This document shows, one piece after another, positions 29,024 through 39,495 of a stretch of DNA of 64,000 bases. The stretch's first letter is position 1; the number at the start of each line of letters is the position of its first letter. Below the pieces are notes generated by a model. It saw only the letters and a list, made by a program, of their open reading frames with translations. It did no database searches and was not told where the DNA came from. The stretch is from positions 52 to 64,051 of the forward strand of contig CAZOKZ010000013.1 in the NCBI GenBank assembly GCA_964580585.1. The letters are read 5' to 3'. This DNA comes from an uncultured Candidatus Sumerlaeota bacterium (GTDB taxonomy: Bacteria > Sumerlaeota > Sumerlaeia > SLMS01 > JAHLLQ01). The translations under genes and the position numbers were made by a program.

Positions 29024-30888
29024 CGCTGGCTCCGGTACCAGAGTTGAAACACGAGCAAGGCCCACAATTGGCGCTCGAAATTCCACCGGCCTGTCTGGTG
29101 GCGTTCGATCATGGTTTGGATAAAACGTTCATTGAAAAATCCGTGCTGGCGAAGTTCCCACGGGGACAGCACGTCCTGCAAAAGTCCGCGTAATTCTCCT
29201 CGAAACCATGCACGAAGCGGCACGGCAAAGCCGCGTTTTGGCCGGTTGAGAAGTTCGCCGGGGATATGTCGCCCAAGCAGACGGCGTAGTAGGATTTTTT
29301 GCCGTGTGTCATTCATTTTCATCCAAGTGGGCAGGCTGGCGGCGAACTCGACCAGGCGATGGTCGAGCAGTGGCACGCGCGCTTCGAGCGAATAGTGCAT
29401 CGTGGCACGATCGACCTTGGTCAGAATGTCGCCCGGCAGATAATGAACCAAATCCAATCGTCCGGCACGTTCGGCGAGCGATTGTTCGGTGTTCTGGCGT
29501 TCGGCGAACCCGCAAATCGGATGACGGGCGAAATCATCGTGACGCGCCAGAAGCCGATTTACCCACTCGTGGTTCCAGCCGATAAAAATCCAAGGATATG
29601 CGGTGCGCGCATCGCGAAACCTCATCCCGCGTCCCATCATTTGCATCCGATAATGGGGCAGCGCGGCGGCTGTGTGGGCGCCTGCACGCCTTAGGATGTT
29701 GGGCATCCAATGCGTTCGGGCGACGGCTTGCTCTGCCCAGCGGTAGCGATCGTAGCCAAGAAAAAGTTCGTCACCGCCATCGCCAGATAGCGCTACCGTT
29801 ACGGATCGGCGCGTCATGCGTGAAAGCAATAACGTGGGCAGAATCGAAGCGTCGGCGAAAGGCTCGCCAGAGACGGAAGGCAGGTTTTCGATCAACGGCA
29901 GGCAATCGCGGGCGCTCAGGATTTCGCAATGATGTTCCGTGCCGAGGTGTTTGGCAATGCGTTGAGCGAATGGAGATTCGTCGTATTCGGGCTCCTCAAA
30001 TCCGATCGTGAATGTGCGGGCGCGCGATGTGGATCGAGCCAAGGCCCACGTGACGGCGGTGGAATCAAGGCCACCGCTGAGAAAGCTGCCCAGTGGAACG
30101 TCGGAGATTGTTTGCGCGCGAACGGCATCGAGCAAAAGCGTTTCGAGTCTGTCTGTTTTTTCAGAAAGAACGCGCTGGAGTGAAGTTCTGTTGGTTGGTT
30201 TTGTTGCCTGCGAACCGTGAGGCACACGCCAATACGCGCGCGTTTTCATCGCGCCGGTTTTTAAGTCGAATATCGCGTAGTGAGCGGGACGAAGTTGGTG
30301 AACCTGTCGATAAATCGAGGTGGGGGCAGAAATGTAGTTGCAAAGAAAATAGTCGCGCAACGCGAGTGGATCGATTTCGTTGTTGAATTTCGGATGAAGC
30401 CGAAAGGCCCGTGTGTCGGATGCGAACATCCAGTGGCCGTTGCCGAAATCCGCATGATACAGTGGTTTGATGCCGAGCCGGTCGCGTGCGAGCAATACGG
30501 TACCGCGCTGCGTGTCGTAAATCGCGAGCGCGAACATGCCATTCAGATCGGCTAAAAAACGGGGACCGCGTTCTTCGTATAACCGTAGCAACGTTTCCGT
30601 GTCGCAGTCCGTTTTCCAACGGTCGAATCGACACGAGGCGCGTAATTCGCGGTGATTGTAGCACTCGCCGTTATAAACGATGACAATCGAATCGTCTTCG
30701 TTTGCCATCGGTTGGTTGGCGGTGGGGGAGAGGTCGAGGATGCTGAGACGACGATGGCCGAGTGCAACGCGCTCATCACGAAACACACCGCGTGCGTCGG
30801 GTCCGCGCGCGGCCATCGAATCCACCATGCGGTCGAATGTTTCGGGAGAAACGTTTTTCGGCTGGGTCAGGCCAACGATTCCACACAT
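29020..30888 (-). CDS. asnB: asparagine synthase (glutamine-hydrolysing), AsnB family
   Basis: N-terminal MCGIVG Ntn-glutaminase start, and an SGGLDS PP-loop. 622 aa. Confidence 0.85.
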   Translation of the reverse strand: MCGIVGLTQPKNVSPETFDRMVDSMAARGPDARGVFRDERVALGHRRLSILDLSPTANQPMANEDDSIVIVYNGECYNHRELRASCRFDRWKTDCDTETLLRLYEERGPRFLADLNGMFALAIYDTQRGTVLLARDRLGIKPLYHADFGNGHWMFASDTRAFRLHPKFNNEIDPLALRDYFLCNYISAPTSIYRQVHQLRPAHYAIFDLKTGAMKTRAYWRVPHGSQATKPTNRTSLQRVLSEKTDRLETLLLDAVRAQTISDVPLGSFLSGGLDSTAVTWALARSTSRARTFTIGFEEPEYDESPFAQRIAKHLGTEHHCEILSARDCLPLIENLPSVSGEPFADASILPTLLLSRMTRRSVTVALSGDGGDELFLGYDRYRWAEQAVARTHWMPNILRRAGAHTAAALPHYRMQMMGRGMRFRDARTAYPWIFIGWNHEWVNRLLARHDDFARHPICGFAERQNTEQSLAERAGRLDLVHYLPGDILTKVDRATMHYSLEARVPLLDHRLVEFAASLPTWMKMNDTRQKILLRRLLGRHIPGELLNRPKRGFAVPLRAWFRGELRGLLQDVLSPWELRQHGFFNERFIQTMIERHQTGRWNFERQLWALLVFQLWYRSQR

Positions 30889-30922
30889 CGACGGAAACTC
30901 CTCAATATGTGGTAAAAAATAC

Positions 30923-31109
30923 TACCACGAAGGGCAGGAAGGCGCGAAAAACACAAAGGAACAAGAAGAAAAGAATTTAGCCACAGAGGACACAGAGTTC
31001 AAAGAGAGGTTCTGCGAATTTTGCAACACAGTTCGTAATCGAGTTTTGGGAAATTGAAAACGGCGAACTTTAGAAATCCCTTCTCGGTGATCTCTGTGTC
31101 CTCTGTGGC
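30923..31109. repeat. structured octamer-arm repeat family (CACGAAG arm fragment plus perfect 18-bp CACAGAGG-type IR)
   Basis: GCCACAGAGGACACAGAG (30980-30997) and CTCTGTGTCCTCTGTGGC (31092-31109) are exact reverse complements. Upstream is TACCACGAAGGGCAGGAAGGCGCGAAAAACACAAAGG. Confidence 0.7.
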
Positions 31110-31119
31110 AAAAAAGTTC

Positions 31120-32265
31120 TTATACCCCCGCTTCGGCGCCTGCGGGTTGGCGAAGATCCGCCAGCTTGATCGGCATCAGCACGCACAGGTGATCCGGTTC
31201 GTCGTCGCACGCCATGACGGTCGGCGATTGTTCCGATTTGATCTTCAACCGTACGTCCGCGTGGGCGAAACTGTTGAGCGTTTCGATCATCAACTGATAA
31301 TTATACGCGATCTCCAGCGCGTTGCCTTCGTATTCAACGCTGACTTTACCCGCGAAGGTACCGATGTCGGCGGCCATCGAGGTAAACTCGCATGTGTTGT
31401 CTTCAAATTTCAAAATGATCGACTTGTTTTTATCTTCGGAAACCACGCCTGCGCGGCGGGCGGCGTCCTTGAACTGATCGCGGTTCAGACGTACCTGGAA
31501 CGGAAAATCGCGTGGGATAACCGCATCGCAATCGGGGTATTTGCCTTCGATCACATTGGTGCGGTATTCGACGTTATCGACAAAAAACGCAACCTGGCGT
31601 TCGCCGACTTCGACGGTAACCGAGCCTTCGTCGCCGAGCACCTTGCGCAGGTCGGCGAGCAGTTTGCCCGAGACGACAACCTTGACCGTTGGGTCGCCTT
31701 CGATGTCGCCGAGGGCAACGCTCATGCGCGAGAGCTTCTTGCCATCGGTCGCTGTCAGACGCAGGTTCAAATCTTTGACTTCCATCAACGCGCCCATCAA
31801 AACGCGGCGATGGTCTTTAGCGGGAAGAGCATACAAAATCGCATCGATCAAGCGGCGCATTTGTTTTTGCGTCACGCTGAACTTGCTCACGAACGTATCG
31901 GGCGTCCATTTCGGGTATTCGTCGGCGGGCAATGTGACGAGACGATACTGGTTCGACGCGCAGGTGACCTTTACCTGGCCGCCTTCGTCGGCAAGCAGCA
32001 CCTGGCTGCCGGCGGGCAACAGGCTGACGAGTTCCGCAAGTTTGTCGGCAGGGAGCGTGAGCTGGCCCGCGCCGCCTTCGAGTTGCGCCGGAATGCGCAC
32101 GCGAACGTGAGATTCCAGATCGGTGCCCAGAAATACGGCCTGACCGTCTTCGGCATCGATCAGCAAATTTGAAAGCACGGGCAGAGTAGTCTGCGATCGT
32201 TTGAGAAGAGAAGCCACCACGAGGGCTGCTTGGGTCAGGTCCTTTTGCTCGATCGTCAGTTGCAC
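31120..32265 (-). CDS. dnaN: DNA polymerase III beta subunit (sliding clamp)
   Basis: Three-domain clamp. GTG start at 32265 gives (M)QLTIEQKDL, matching canonical DnaN N-termini; the track ORF extends to 32340 from a TTG. No dnaA adjacent. Confidence 0.85.
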   Translation of the reverse strand: MQLTIEQKDLTQAALVVASLLKRSQTTLPVLSNLLIDAEDGQAVFLGTDLESHVRVRIPAQLEGGAGQLTLPADKLAELVSLLPAGSQVLLADEGGQVKVTCASNQYRLVTLPADEYPKWTPDTFVSKFSVTQKQMRRLIDAILYALPAKDHRRVLMGALMEVKDLNLRLTATDGKKLSRMSVALGDIEGDPTVKVVVSGKLLADLRKVLGDEGSVTVEVGERQVAFFVDNVEYRTNVIEGKYPDCDAVIPRDFPFQVRLNRDQFKDAARRAGVVSEDKNKSIILKFEDNTCEFTSMAADIGTFAGKVSVEYEGNALEIAYNYQLMIETLNSFAHADVRLKIKSEQSPTVMACDDEPDHLCVLMPIKLADLRQPAGAEAGV

Positions 32266-32307
32266 GGCGTCGTTTTCCCTTGTTCGTATGGGTTGAAGTT
32301 GAATCCC

Positions 32308-32352
32308 ACAAATGAAAAACAGGCAGGCCGCTGAGTGCAAGCACGACCTGCC
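32308..32352 (-). terminator. rho-independent terminator downstream of 32394..33248
   Basis: Read on the minus strand: GGCAGG...CCTGCC hairpin with an internal GTGC/GCAC stem, followed by TGTTTTTCATTT. Confidence 0.5.
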
Positions 32353-32393
32353 GTTTTGAAAGGTTTATTGTGTTTTTCGAGAGCGAAACTCAG

Positions 32394-33248
32394 TTACTTG
32401 CTATCGTCCTCGGCGTCGGCGTCTTTCTTCTTCTTGCCGAACAGGCCGCCGACGCTGTCGCTCAGGCCTTTGGCGGCATCGCCGACCGAGTCCGCAGCGC
32501 CGGAAGCCGTGGATTCGAGACCTTTGGTCAACTCGCCCGCCTGATCGCTGACGCCCGAGGTGAGACCCTTAAGCTGGCCGCCGAAGTCTCCGCCAACGCT
32601 GGTGATTTTCGCCAGAATAGCGGCGATGAATTCTTTGATCGCTTCGGCGGGCGTGACTTTTTCCTTCTTACCGCCAAGGTCGGTCATTTCGATTTCTGGC
32701 ACTTCGACTTTGACCGTTTCGCCACCCGCGAGAGGTATGGCCACCTGGACCGTGGTGCCATCGACGAGGACCTTTTTGATCTTCATGGCTTTCTGCGAGG
32801 CCTCGGCGGGGGCTTCTTCTTCGGCGGCGGCTTCTCCGCTGGACAGGCGCTCGGCGTTTTTGATCAGGTCTTGGAGGTTCGAGGACTTGAGCGTTTTTTC
32901 CAACGTCATGTCGGCTTCCGATACCTGGATCAGGTTGATGACCGGCTCGTCGGTTTTGAAAGACTGGATGTCGGCTTCGACACGCACTTTGCCAAAGTAC
33001 ATGGCGTGGTCGGTTTTGTAACCTTCGGGGTTCGGGATGTTAAGGCCGCGCAGTTCGATGATGCCTTTGGTGGCTTCAACCGTCACGCCGTCAACGGTGA
33101 CGGGGACTTGAAGGGCGAACGAGAGGGATTTTTCCGTCCCTGTTTTGATGATTTTGTCCAGGTTCTGGAACAGCACCACCATGGCGATGCCAATCAACAA
33201 TACTAATACTCCGACGCCGAGGGCGGCGAATTTGAGCATTTTTTTCAT
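32394..33248 (-). CDS. membrane-anchored hypothetical protein (N-terminal TM, Gly/Ala/Lys-rich C-terminus)
   Basis: 284 aa. One N-terminal TM helix, a beta-rich periplasmic part, and a low-complexity charged tail. Confidence 0.5.
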   Translation of the reverse strand: MKKMLKFAALGVGVLVLLIGIAMVVLFQNLDKIIKTGTEKSLSFALQVPVTVDGVTVEATKGIIELRGLNIPNPEGYKTDHAMYFGKVRVEADIQSFKTDEPVINLIQVSEADMTLEKTLKSSNLQDLIKNAERLSSGEAAAEEEAPAEASQKAMKIKKVLVDGTTVQVAIPLAGGETVKVEVPEIEMTDLGGKKEKVTPAEAIKEFIAAILAKITSVGGDFGGQLKGLTSGVSDQAGELTKGLESTASGAADSVGDAAKGLSDSVGGLFGKKKKDADAEDDSK

Positions 33249-33441
33249 CTGTATCTCCTCGATGCAGGGTGACCTTAATCGCCCAGCGTTATTTCTTACC
33301 GTGGTGAAAATGGGCTTGTTTGATCGATGCCCGACAATACGCCGGGAGCCTTGGGCAGATGGAAGCAGGGATCAAGCCGATTTGCGCACCCTTGCCTGTC
33401 CGGCTTGCCCCGTCCGTCTGGGCTGTGCCCAATCGCGGGTA

Positions 33442-34170
33442 ATGAAACCAGAGTCCGAACAAACTTTCGAATCGCCTGTTGAGCCTTCTGCGTCCGCGCA
33501 ACCCGGTGCTTCCGGGCGTCGTGTGGTGTTATTGGTCCTGTTATTTGCCCCGTTGTTAATTATTCCCCTCTTGTTGACGGGTAAAGTCCACGAAACCCAA
33601 GTTTGCATGGAGACCTTGCAACGGCGCGAGGCCACCTATTGGGTGGTGGGGTCCTATCGTTTGACGCAGCCCGAATGGCAACCCGTGCCGGATTGGCCCA
33701 AGGCAATCGACCACGAGGGATTTTTCACCCTTCTGGGCGAGCCTCTCGTTGCCGACCCAGCCGATTTCCCTTGGCCTGCATTCGAGGAAGAGCATTGGGA
33801 AACGCTGTCCCGTTCACAACCGTTGACCGTTTTTATGTCGATTGAAAATAGCAAGGCGCTTCCGGAGAGACGTCGGAATTTACTGGAGTTACGACTTCTG
33901 ATGGCGACGGTGCTGGAGCCGGGAGATGCGTCGGCGATGAAGTGTCTGAGTGAAATCGAGCAAGTCCTTCGTCCGCGGGATGTGGTGGAGCCACTTGCTT
34001 CGGGACGAAAGCGCCGCCATCGCCCTCCGACCGAAGCGGAGAATATCGCCCATCAATGGATGACGGCTGCGCAACATGCTTTCAATGTGGAAGGGACACC
34101 CGAGGCGGTCGCGCAGTCGCTGTGCGATTTCGATCGAAATTTGATCGACCAGACCAATTTGGCTCAATAA
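33442..34170 (+). CDS. hypothetical membrane protein
   Basis: Start chosen at ATG 33442 (MKPESEQ...), placed to avoid overlap with the divergent gene. One TM helix (VVLLVLLFAPLLIIPLLL). Followed by a terminator at 34180-34207. Confidence 0.45.
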   Translation: MKPESEQTFESPVEPSASAQPGASGRRVVLLVLLFAPLLIIPLLLTGKVHETQVCMETLQRREATYWVVGSYRLTQPEWQPVPDWPKAIDHEGFFTLLGEPLVADPADFPWPAFEEEHWETLSRSQPLTVFMSIENSKALPERRRNLLELRLLMATVLEPGDASAMKCLSEIEQVLRPRDVVEPLASGRKRRHRPPTEAENIAHQWMTAAQHAFNVEGTPEAVAQSLCDFDRNLIDQTNLAQ

Positions 34171-34179
34171 TCTCGTGCT

Positions 34180-34207
34180 GGTATCGATAATCGATACCTT
34201 TTCGTTC
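34180..34207 (+). terminator. rho-independent terminator
   Basis: GGTATCG-ATAAT-CGATACC hairpin followed by TTTTCGTTC. Confidence 0.6.
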
Positions 34208-34292
34208 ATCTTGATGCTTGCCATCGCCGATTACAGGAGTTCAGACTGAGTAGTCTGCCATCTCTCGAATTGTTGGATACTTCCCAAGCGTA

Positions 34293-35027
34293 ATGAACCA
34301 TAACGCCGCCCCGTTTTTGTCGGTCATCATCCCAGCCTACAACGAAGAAGTCCGGTTACCGGACACGTTGCGTCTAATCCAGGAGTACCTGGACGGCGCG
34401 CCTTATACGTGGGAAATTGTGGTGATGGACGACGGCTCGACCGACCGCACGGTTACCGTTGCTCGCGAAGCGTGTGGCGAGCGTTCGAATTGCCGGGTGA
34501 TCAAGGCAGCCCGCAATCAAGGCAAGGGAGCGGCTATTCGCCGTGGTATGTTAGAGGCGCGTGGACGCTATCGGCTTTTTACCGATGCCGATAATTCGAC
34601 TCCGATTCAGGAAACCGCCAAATTATTGCGCCGAATGCGGCGGGCCAGGGCGGATGTCGCTATTGGCTCTCGCGCGGTTCGGGGGGCGCAACTCGAGGTT
34701 CGCCAGCCGTTGCACCGCGAAATGATGGGACGTTTTTTCAATGTCCTGGTTCAGCTATTGGTCTTACCGGGAATCCACGATACCCAATGCGGTTTCAAGA
34801 TTTTCACGGCGCGGGCGGCAAAGGCCATTTTCCCCCATCAGCGCCTGGATGGATTTTCTTTCGATGTGGAAATTCTGTGGTTGGCGCGCCAGCAAGGGTA
34901 TCGGATCATTGAAGTTCCGATTCGGTGGATAAACAGCCCTGCTTCACGCGTGTCCCCGATCCGGGATTCCGTCCATGTATTTGCCGATTTGATACGAATC
35001 CGATTCGGGTTGCTCGGTCATCGCTAA
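34293..35027 (+). CDS. GT2 family glycosyltransferase (polyprenol-phosphate sugar transferase, DPM1-like)
   Basis: SVIIPAYNEE...DDGSTD...TDADNS (DXD) motifs. 244 aa. Its stop lies 14 nt before the next gene. Confidence 0.8.
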   Translation: MNHNAAPFLSVIIPAYNEEVRLPDTLRLIQEYLDGAPYTWEIVVMDDGSTDRTVTVAREACGERSNCRVIKAARNQGKGAAIRRGMLEARGRYRLFTDADNSTPIQETAKLLRRMRRARADVAIGSRAVRGAQLEVRQPLHREMMGRFFNVLVQLLVLPGIHDTQCGFKIFTARAAKAIFPHQRLDGFSFDVEILWLARQQGYRIIEVPIRWINSPASRVSPIRDSVHVFADLIRIRFGLLGHR

Positions 35028-35041
35028 TCGAGGTCATAGGT

Positions 35042-36925
35042 ATGGCATCGCTTCTTGCCATTACAGGTCCCATCACGGGTGTGCGGCTCGAGCTGAATGA
35101 TGAAACGTGTTTGGGCCGTGCGGAAAACATGGATCTGACGTTGCCCGACGCGTCGGTGTCGCGTGCTCATGCGAAAATCTACCGAAAAAATTTAAGCTGG
35201 CTGATCGAAGATCTCGGCAGTCGCCATGGGACGTACCACAATCGTCGGAAAGTATTGGTTCCGACGCCGCTGCTGAAAAACGACGAGATTATGATCGGCG
35301 GTTCGCGGTTTTTGTTCGACTCGGACTTTGATCTGCAAACAGCCGATTATTCCGACCGGTCGGTTTATTTTACCTCGCCCCACGACGATACGATGGAGGC
35401 GCCCCCTGTCGCGGTGTTGGATCAGGCAGAGACGCCTTTGCCCATTCAAGACGCCGAGCTGAGTTTTATCGTCCAATTGGGCGAGCTGTTCGATTCCGTG
35501 AACGTCGATTTTGCCGAATCGCTTAGTTTTACCTGCCAACGATTGCGAAAACTGTTTCGTGCAGACCTGGTTTTGTTGATGTTATGGGACCACGCGGCTC
35601 AGCGCCTGCGCACGACGGTGGCGTTGTCGGACAACGATTCGATTCTGGCCGATTCGGCTATTATCCACAAAGCGTACTACGAGCGCAAAGCGCTGTTGAT
35701 CAGCGACCGCCCGAATACGTACTCGCATCCCGTGCCCGGAGCGCCAGAATCTCCGAGTAATCGTTCGGTGATCGCGACGCCGCTGGAAATCGGCGACTCG
35801 ATGTTGGGGATTATTTATCTCGAACGATTCGAGTTGGATGCGTACTCGCTGGTGGAATTGCGCAACGCGCGGGCCGTGGCGAAGTTGATGGCGGTGTTCA
35901 TTGAAATTCGCCAGACCGCTCAGGTTCAAATGCTTAAAGCCCGATTTGCTCTGGAAGATACCGAGATCATCGGTCACAGTCCCGCCATCCACGAGATGCT
36001 GAATCTGACCAGCCGGGTGGCGCCAACCAAGGCGTCCGTGCTGATTACGGGCGAGACAGGCACGGGGAAAGAAGTCCTGGCGCGTGAAATTCATCGGCAG
36101 GCCGTTTCGGCGGGGTTGCGCGGCCCGTTTGTGGCCATCAACTGCTCGGCGGTGCCGGAGACATTGTTCGAGTCCGCCCTTTTCGGACATGAAAAAGGCG
36201 CATTTACCGGGGCCTCGCGCATGCAAATTGGTTCCATCGAGCAGGCAAACGGTGGGACGTTGTTTCTCGACGAAATTGGCGAGTTGTCGCTGGCGATGCA
36301 GCCGAAGTTACTGCGATTTTTGCAGGAACGTGTCTTTACCCGCGTTGGCGGGGTGCGTCCTATTCGGGCCGATGTGCGCTTGATTTGCGCTACGAACCGG
36401 AATTTGGAAGAGGAAGTACGCGCCGGGCGATTCCGCGAGGACCTTTATCATCGGATTTCGGTTTTTCCTATCGGACTGCCGCCCCTGCGCCAGCGTCCGA
36501 CCGATATTGCCGCGTTGGCGGACCATTTTCTGCGGATACATGCCCGCGAGTCGAACCGCCCCGTTGTGGGTTTGAGCGCTGAATCGATCAAATTACTCGA
36601 AAAGTACCCTTGGCCGGGAAATATCCGCGAATTGTCGAATTGCATCGAGCGTGCGGTTCTCATTTGCGATCATAAAGTCTTGCTGCCACGGCACTTTCAA
36701 CTCAATATGCCGCCGATGGAGTCGCCCGTTGATGCGCCAGAGAAGTCGATAGAATCGCTCTCGGGCACTGGGGCGAGTTTGCTGAAAATGGCAGATGTGG
36801 AGAAGTCCCATATCGCCCGAGTGTTGGATATTTGTGGAAATAATCAAATCAAAGCAGCAGAAATGCTTGGCATCCACCGGAACACTTTGCGAAAAAAAAT
36901 CCAAGATTATCAATTGAAAGCTTGA
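35042..36925 (+). CDS. sigma-54-dependent transcriptional activator with N-terminal FHA and GAF-like domains
   Basis: ATG at 35042 with GAGG upstream. FHA domain (GRAENMDLTLPDASVSRAHAKI). AAA+ sigma-54 interaction domain (GETGTGKE...GAFTGA). C-terminal Fis-type HTH. Confidence 0.8.
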   Translation: MASLLAITGPITGVRLELNDETCLGRAENMDLTLPDASVSRAHAKIYRKNLSWLIEDLGSRHGTYHNRRKVLVPTPLLKNDEIMIGGSRFLFDSDFDLQTADYSDRSVYFTSPHDDTMEAPPVAVLDQAETPLPIQDAELSFIVQLGELFDSVNVDFAESLSFTCQRLRKLFRADLVLLMLWDHAAQRLRTTVALSDNDSILADSAIIHKAYYERKALLISDRPNTYSHPVPGAPESPSNRSVIATPLEIGDSMLGIIYLERFELDAYSLVELRNARAVAKLMAVFIEIRQTAQVQMLKARFALEDTEIIGHSPAIHEMLNLTSRVAPTKASVLITGETGTGKEVLAREIHRQAVSAGLRGPFVAINCSAVPETLFESALFGHEKGAFTGASRMQIGSIEQANGGTLFLDEIGELSLAMQPKLLRFLQERVFTRVGGVRPIRADVRLICATNRNLEEEVRAGRFREDLYHRISVFPIGLPPLRQRPTDIAALADHFLRIHARESNRPVVGLSAESIKLLEKYPWPGNIRELSNCIERAVLICDHKVLLPRHFQLNMPPMESPVDAPEKSIESLSGTGASLLKMADVEKSHIARVLDICGNNQIKAAEMLGIHRNTLRKKIQDYQLKA

Positions 36926-37074
36926 TACCAACCCGCTAGGATGTCTTGGATTCATCCATACGGTGGACTTGCAATAAGGCGTCCTTTTTGCTTCTCCATC
37001 ATTGACGACTGTAAGAATGTCCTCGTAGGAATGTGCTGACGACGATTCATCGAGCTTCGTGGAGCATGCTATAA

Positions 37075-38361
37075 ATGAATATACGGTTACCCTTCGGAGA
37101 AGGTACCGTGCCGGTCGATGTACCGGACAACTGGATCAACGGACGGTGCTATCGTTCATTCCGGTTCGAGCCAACTGACGATCTGTTGGGAACGTTCGAC
37201 TCGGCTATCGATAACCTGATCGGTCTGGAATCCCTCGACTCCGTATTGAAAAAACGTACGAACGCCGTGATCGCGGTCGATTCCACGCACTGGCGCATGC
37301 TGCGCGAGCTGCTGCCCCTGCTGCTGGAACGCATTTTGGACAGCTCGTCTTTGAAGCCTGCAGACATTCAGATCCTGTTCACGAATACGCTGTGGAACTC
37401 GCTTCCGTCTGGCTTTTTGAAGCAGCACGTTGCGCATTCGTTGATCGAAGAGTACCCGGTAACGCTTCACGACCCGCGGGAGCCCGCAGTCTGCACGGAC
37501 TGCGGCATGGTGGATGGCAACATTCCACTGCGAATCAATTCCCTGTATGCCGAAGCAGACTTGAAAATTGTTCTCAGTGTCGTCGAACCGAACATGCTGT
37601 TTGGATTCAATGGTGGACGAACGGCTGTTCTTCCGGGATTGGCTAACGAGACGACGTTGCGTCGTTTGTACGCGTATTCGTACCTCGACAACACGAACAT
37701 CGCCTATGGCGTGACGCGCGACAATCCGCTGCACCAGGCCTCGAACGAGGCATTGGAAAAAATCGGATGCGATTTGGGAATTTCCGTCATCAAAACGGAG
37801 CGCGAGCAGTCGGCGGAAATTTTTGCTGGCGATGCGGCCCAGGCAACGATGGCCGCGATCGGTCGTTTGCGTGAAAAGATCAGCGTCACGGTCAAGGAAC
37901 CCATGGATATTGTGGTGACTTGCGGTGGCGGAAACCCCCATGACCGGACATTGTTTCAGCTCTTCAGTGCACTGTCCACCACGTTGCCCGTTTTGAAACC
38001 CGATGGGACGATTGTGGTCACAGCGGAAATGGCCGAGGGCTTTGGCCCTCTGCCGTTGCGGGATATTCTGCTGAAGTCCAACAACCCACGCGGATTCAAG
38101 AAACGCTACAGCAACCCGGATAACTTCACTCCTGGTCAATGGTACGCCCAACGGTTTTTCGATATTCTGAAAAACCACGAGGTTATCATCTATACCGATG
38201 GCATTGGCGAACACGAATTGTGGAATGCGGGTCTGACGCCAACGACCGACTTGCAGGAAGCAATCGAGGTGGCAATGCAAGGACATGGTCAGCGGTGTAA
38301 AATCTGCGCTTTGCCCGACGGACCGTTCTCGCTGGCGCAACTGATGCCCATGGGGATGTAA
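37075..38361 (+). CDS. LarA-like (DUF2088 / lactate racemase N-terminal domain) protein
   Basis: 428 aa; length and sequence are consistent with the nickel-pincer-dependent racemase/epimerase family. No larB/larC/larE in the window. Confidence 0.65.
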   Translation: MNIRLPFGEGTVPVDVPDNWINGRCYRSFRFEPTDDLLGTFDSAIDNLIGLESLDSVLKKRTNAVIAVDSTHWRMLRELLPLLLERILDSSSLKPADIQILFTNTLWNSLPSGFLKQHVAHSLIEEYPVTLHDPREPAVCTDCGMVDGNIPLRINSLYAEADLKIVLSVVEPNMLFGFNGGRTAVLPGLANETTLRRLYAYSYLDNTNIAYGVTRDNPLHQASNEALEKIGCDLGISVIKTEREQSAEIFAGDAAQATMAAIGRLREKISVTVKEPMDIVVTCGGGNPHDRTLFQLFSALSTTLPVLKPDGTIVVTAEMAEGFGPLPLRDILLKSNNPRGFKKRYSNPDNFTPGQWYAQRFFDILKNHEVIIYTDGIGEHELWNAGLTPTTDLQEAIEVAMQGHGQRCKICALPDGPFSLAQLMPMGM

Positions 38362-38596
38362 CGCACGGCGGCAGGTACGGAATCGGTTACTTTTTGGGCA
38401 GAAGGCGCGGCGAAAGCGGCCTTCTGCTCTTTTGCTTTTCCGGAACTGCTTATTACCTCGCGGAAACGTTTATTGTGCGGGATTGCCGTTGCGGCTCAAA
38501 CCGGGAATGACTCGTTTTGTGACGGATCGTATTGATTGAGCGAATTCATGGCTGTTAGCAACACCGAGATAATATAAAAATCTCCCCAGAGGTTGT

Positions 38597-39454
38597 ATGG
38601 ACAAGTACACACAAATTCTCGAAAATTTGAATGTTCCCAAGGTCATTGCGTCGTCCGTATTTTTGCTCGTCGCGGTGGTGATTCGGGCCGTCATCGCCAC
38701 TCACATTCATCGAGCAAAGGTTTCTTCCCCCGAAGTGCGTCGTCGATGGATGGTAAACCTGCGCAATGGCATGTTGCTCTTTATCACGGGCGGCTTGATT
38801 TTGATTTGGGCGCGCGAGTTGCAAACGCTTGTCTTGTCGATTTTCGCCATTGCTGCCGCATTGGTTATTGCGACGAAGGAATTGATCCTCTGCATCAGCG
38901 GCAACGTGTTGCGTGCCACGTCGGATTCCTACACCGTCGGCGATCGGATCGAAATCAACGGGCTTCGCGGCGACGTGATCGACCATACGTTGCTGGCGAC
39001 GACATTGCTGGAAATTGGACCTGGAATGGCCAGCCACCAACACACCGGCAGAACGATCGTTGTTCCCAACAGCCTGATGGTGAGCACACCGGTCATCAAC
39101 GAAACATATACCGATGCCTATGTGCTGCATCACTTCTCCGTCCCGGTGGGACCGGACCGCGATTGGAAGCGCGCGGAAGAAATTTTGCTCAAAGCATCCC
39201 AGGCGGAATGCGCTTCGTACATGGATCAAGCGCGCCTGCATTTTGAGCACTTGCAGTCCAAGCACAGTATCGAGTCGCCGAATCTGGAACCTCGTGTCTC
39301 GATCCAGATTCCCGATCACGAGAAAATCATCTTGCTCGTGCGTCTGCCAACTCCCGCCCGGCGCAAAGGCCGCATCGAGCAATCCATTCTGCGCAAGTTC
39401 ATGGCGGATTTTTACGGCACACCCGATGCGCCAGACGCCGATTCGACGGAATGA
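38597..39454 (+). CDS. mechanosensitive ion channel, MscS family
   Basis: Three TM helices followed by the conserved MscS beta-domain. 285 aa. Confidence 0.75.
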   Translation: MDKYTQILENLNVPKVIASSVFLLVAVVIRAVIATHIHRAKVSSPEVRRRWMVNLRNGMLLFITGGLILIWARELQTLVLSIFAIAAALVIATKELILCISGNVLRATSDSYTVGDRIEINGLRGDVIDHTLLATTLLEIGPGMASHQHTGRTIVVPNSLMVSTPVINETYTDAYVLHHFSVPVGPDRDWKRAEEILLKASQAECASYMDQARLHFEHLQSKHSIESPNLEPRVSIQIPDHEKIILLVRLPTPARRKGRIEQSILRKFMADFYGTPDAPDADSTE

Positions 39455-39495
39455 AAAAACTCCCCGAGGTTTGGCCTCGGGGAGTTTCGTTTCGC

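Noticed and set aside
36926-37074. Sigma-54 promoter upstream of the LarA-like gene
   Set aside because: GG/GC elements do not occur at the required spacing (TGGCAC-N5-TTGCW).
37156-38340. 394-aa minus-strand ORF
   Set aside because: Antisense to the LarA-like gene.
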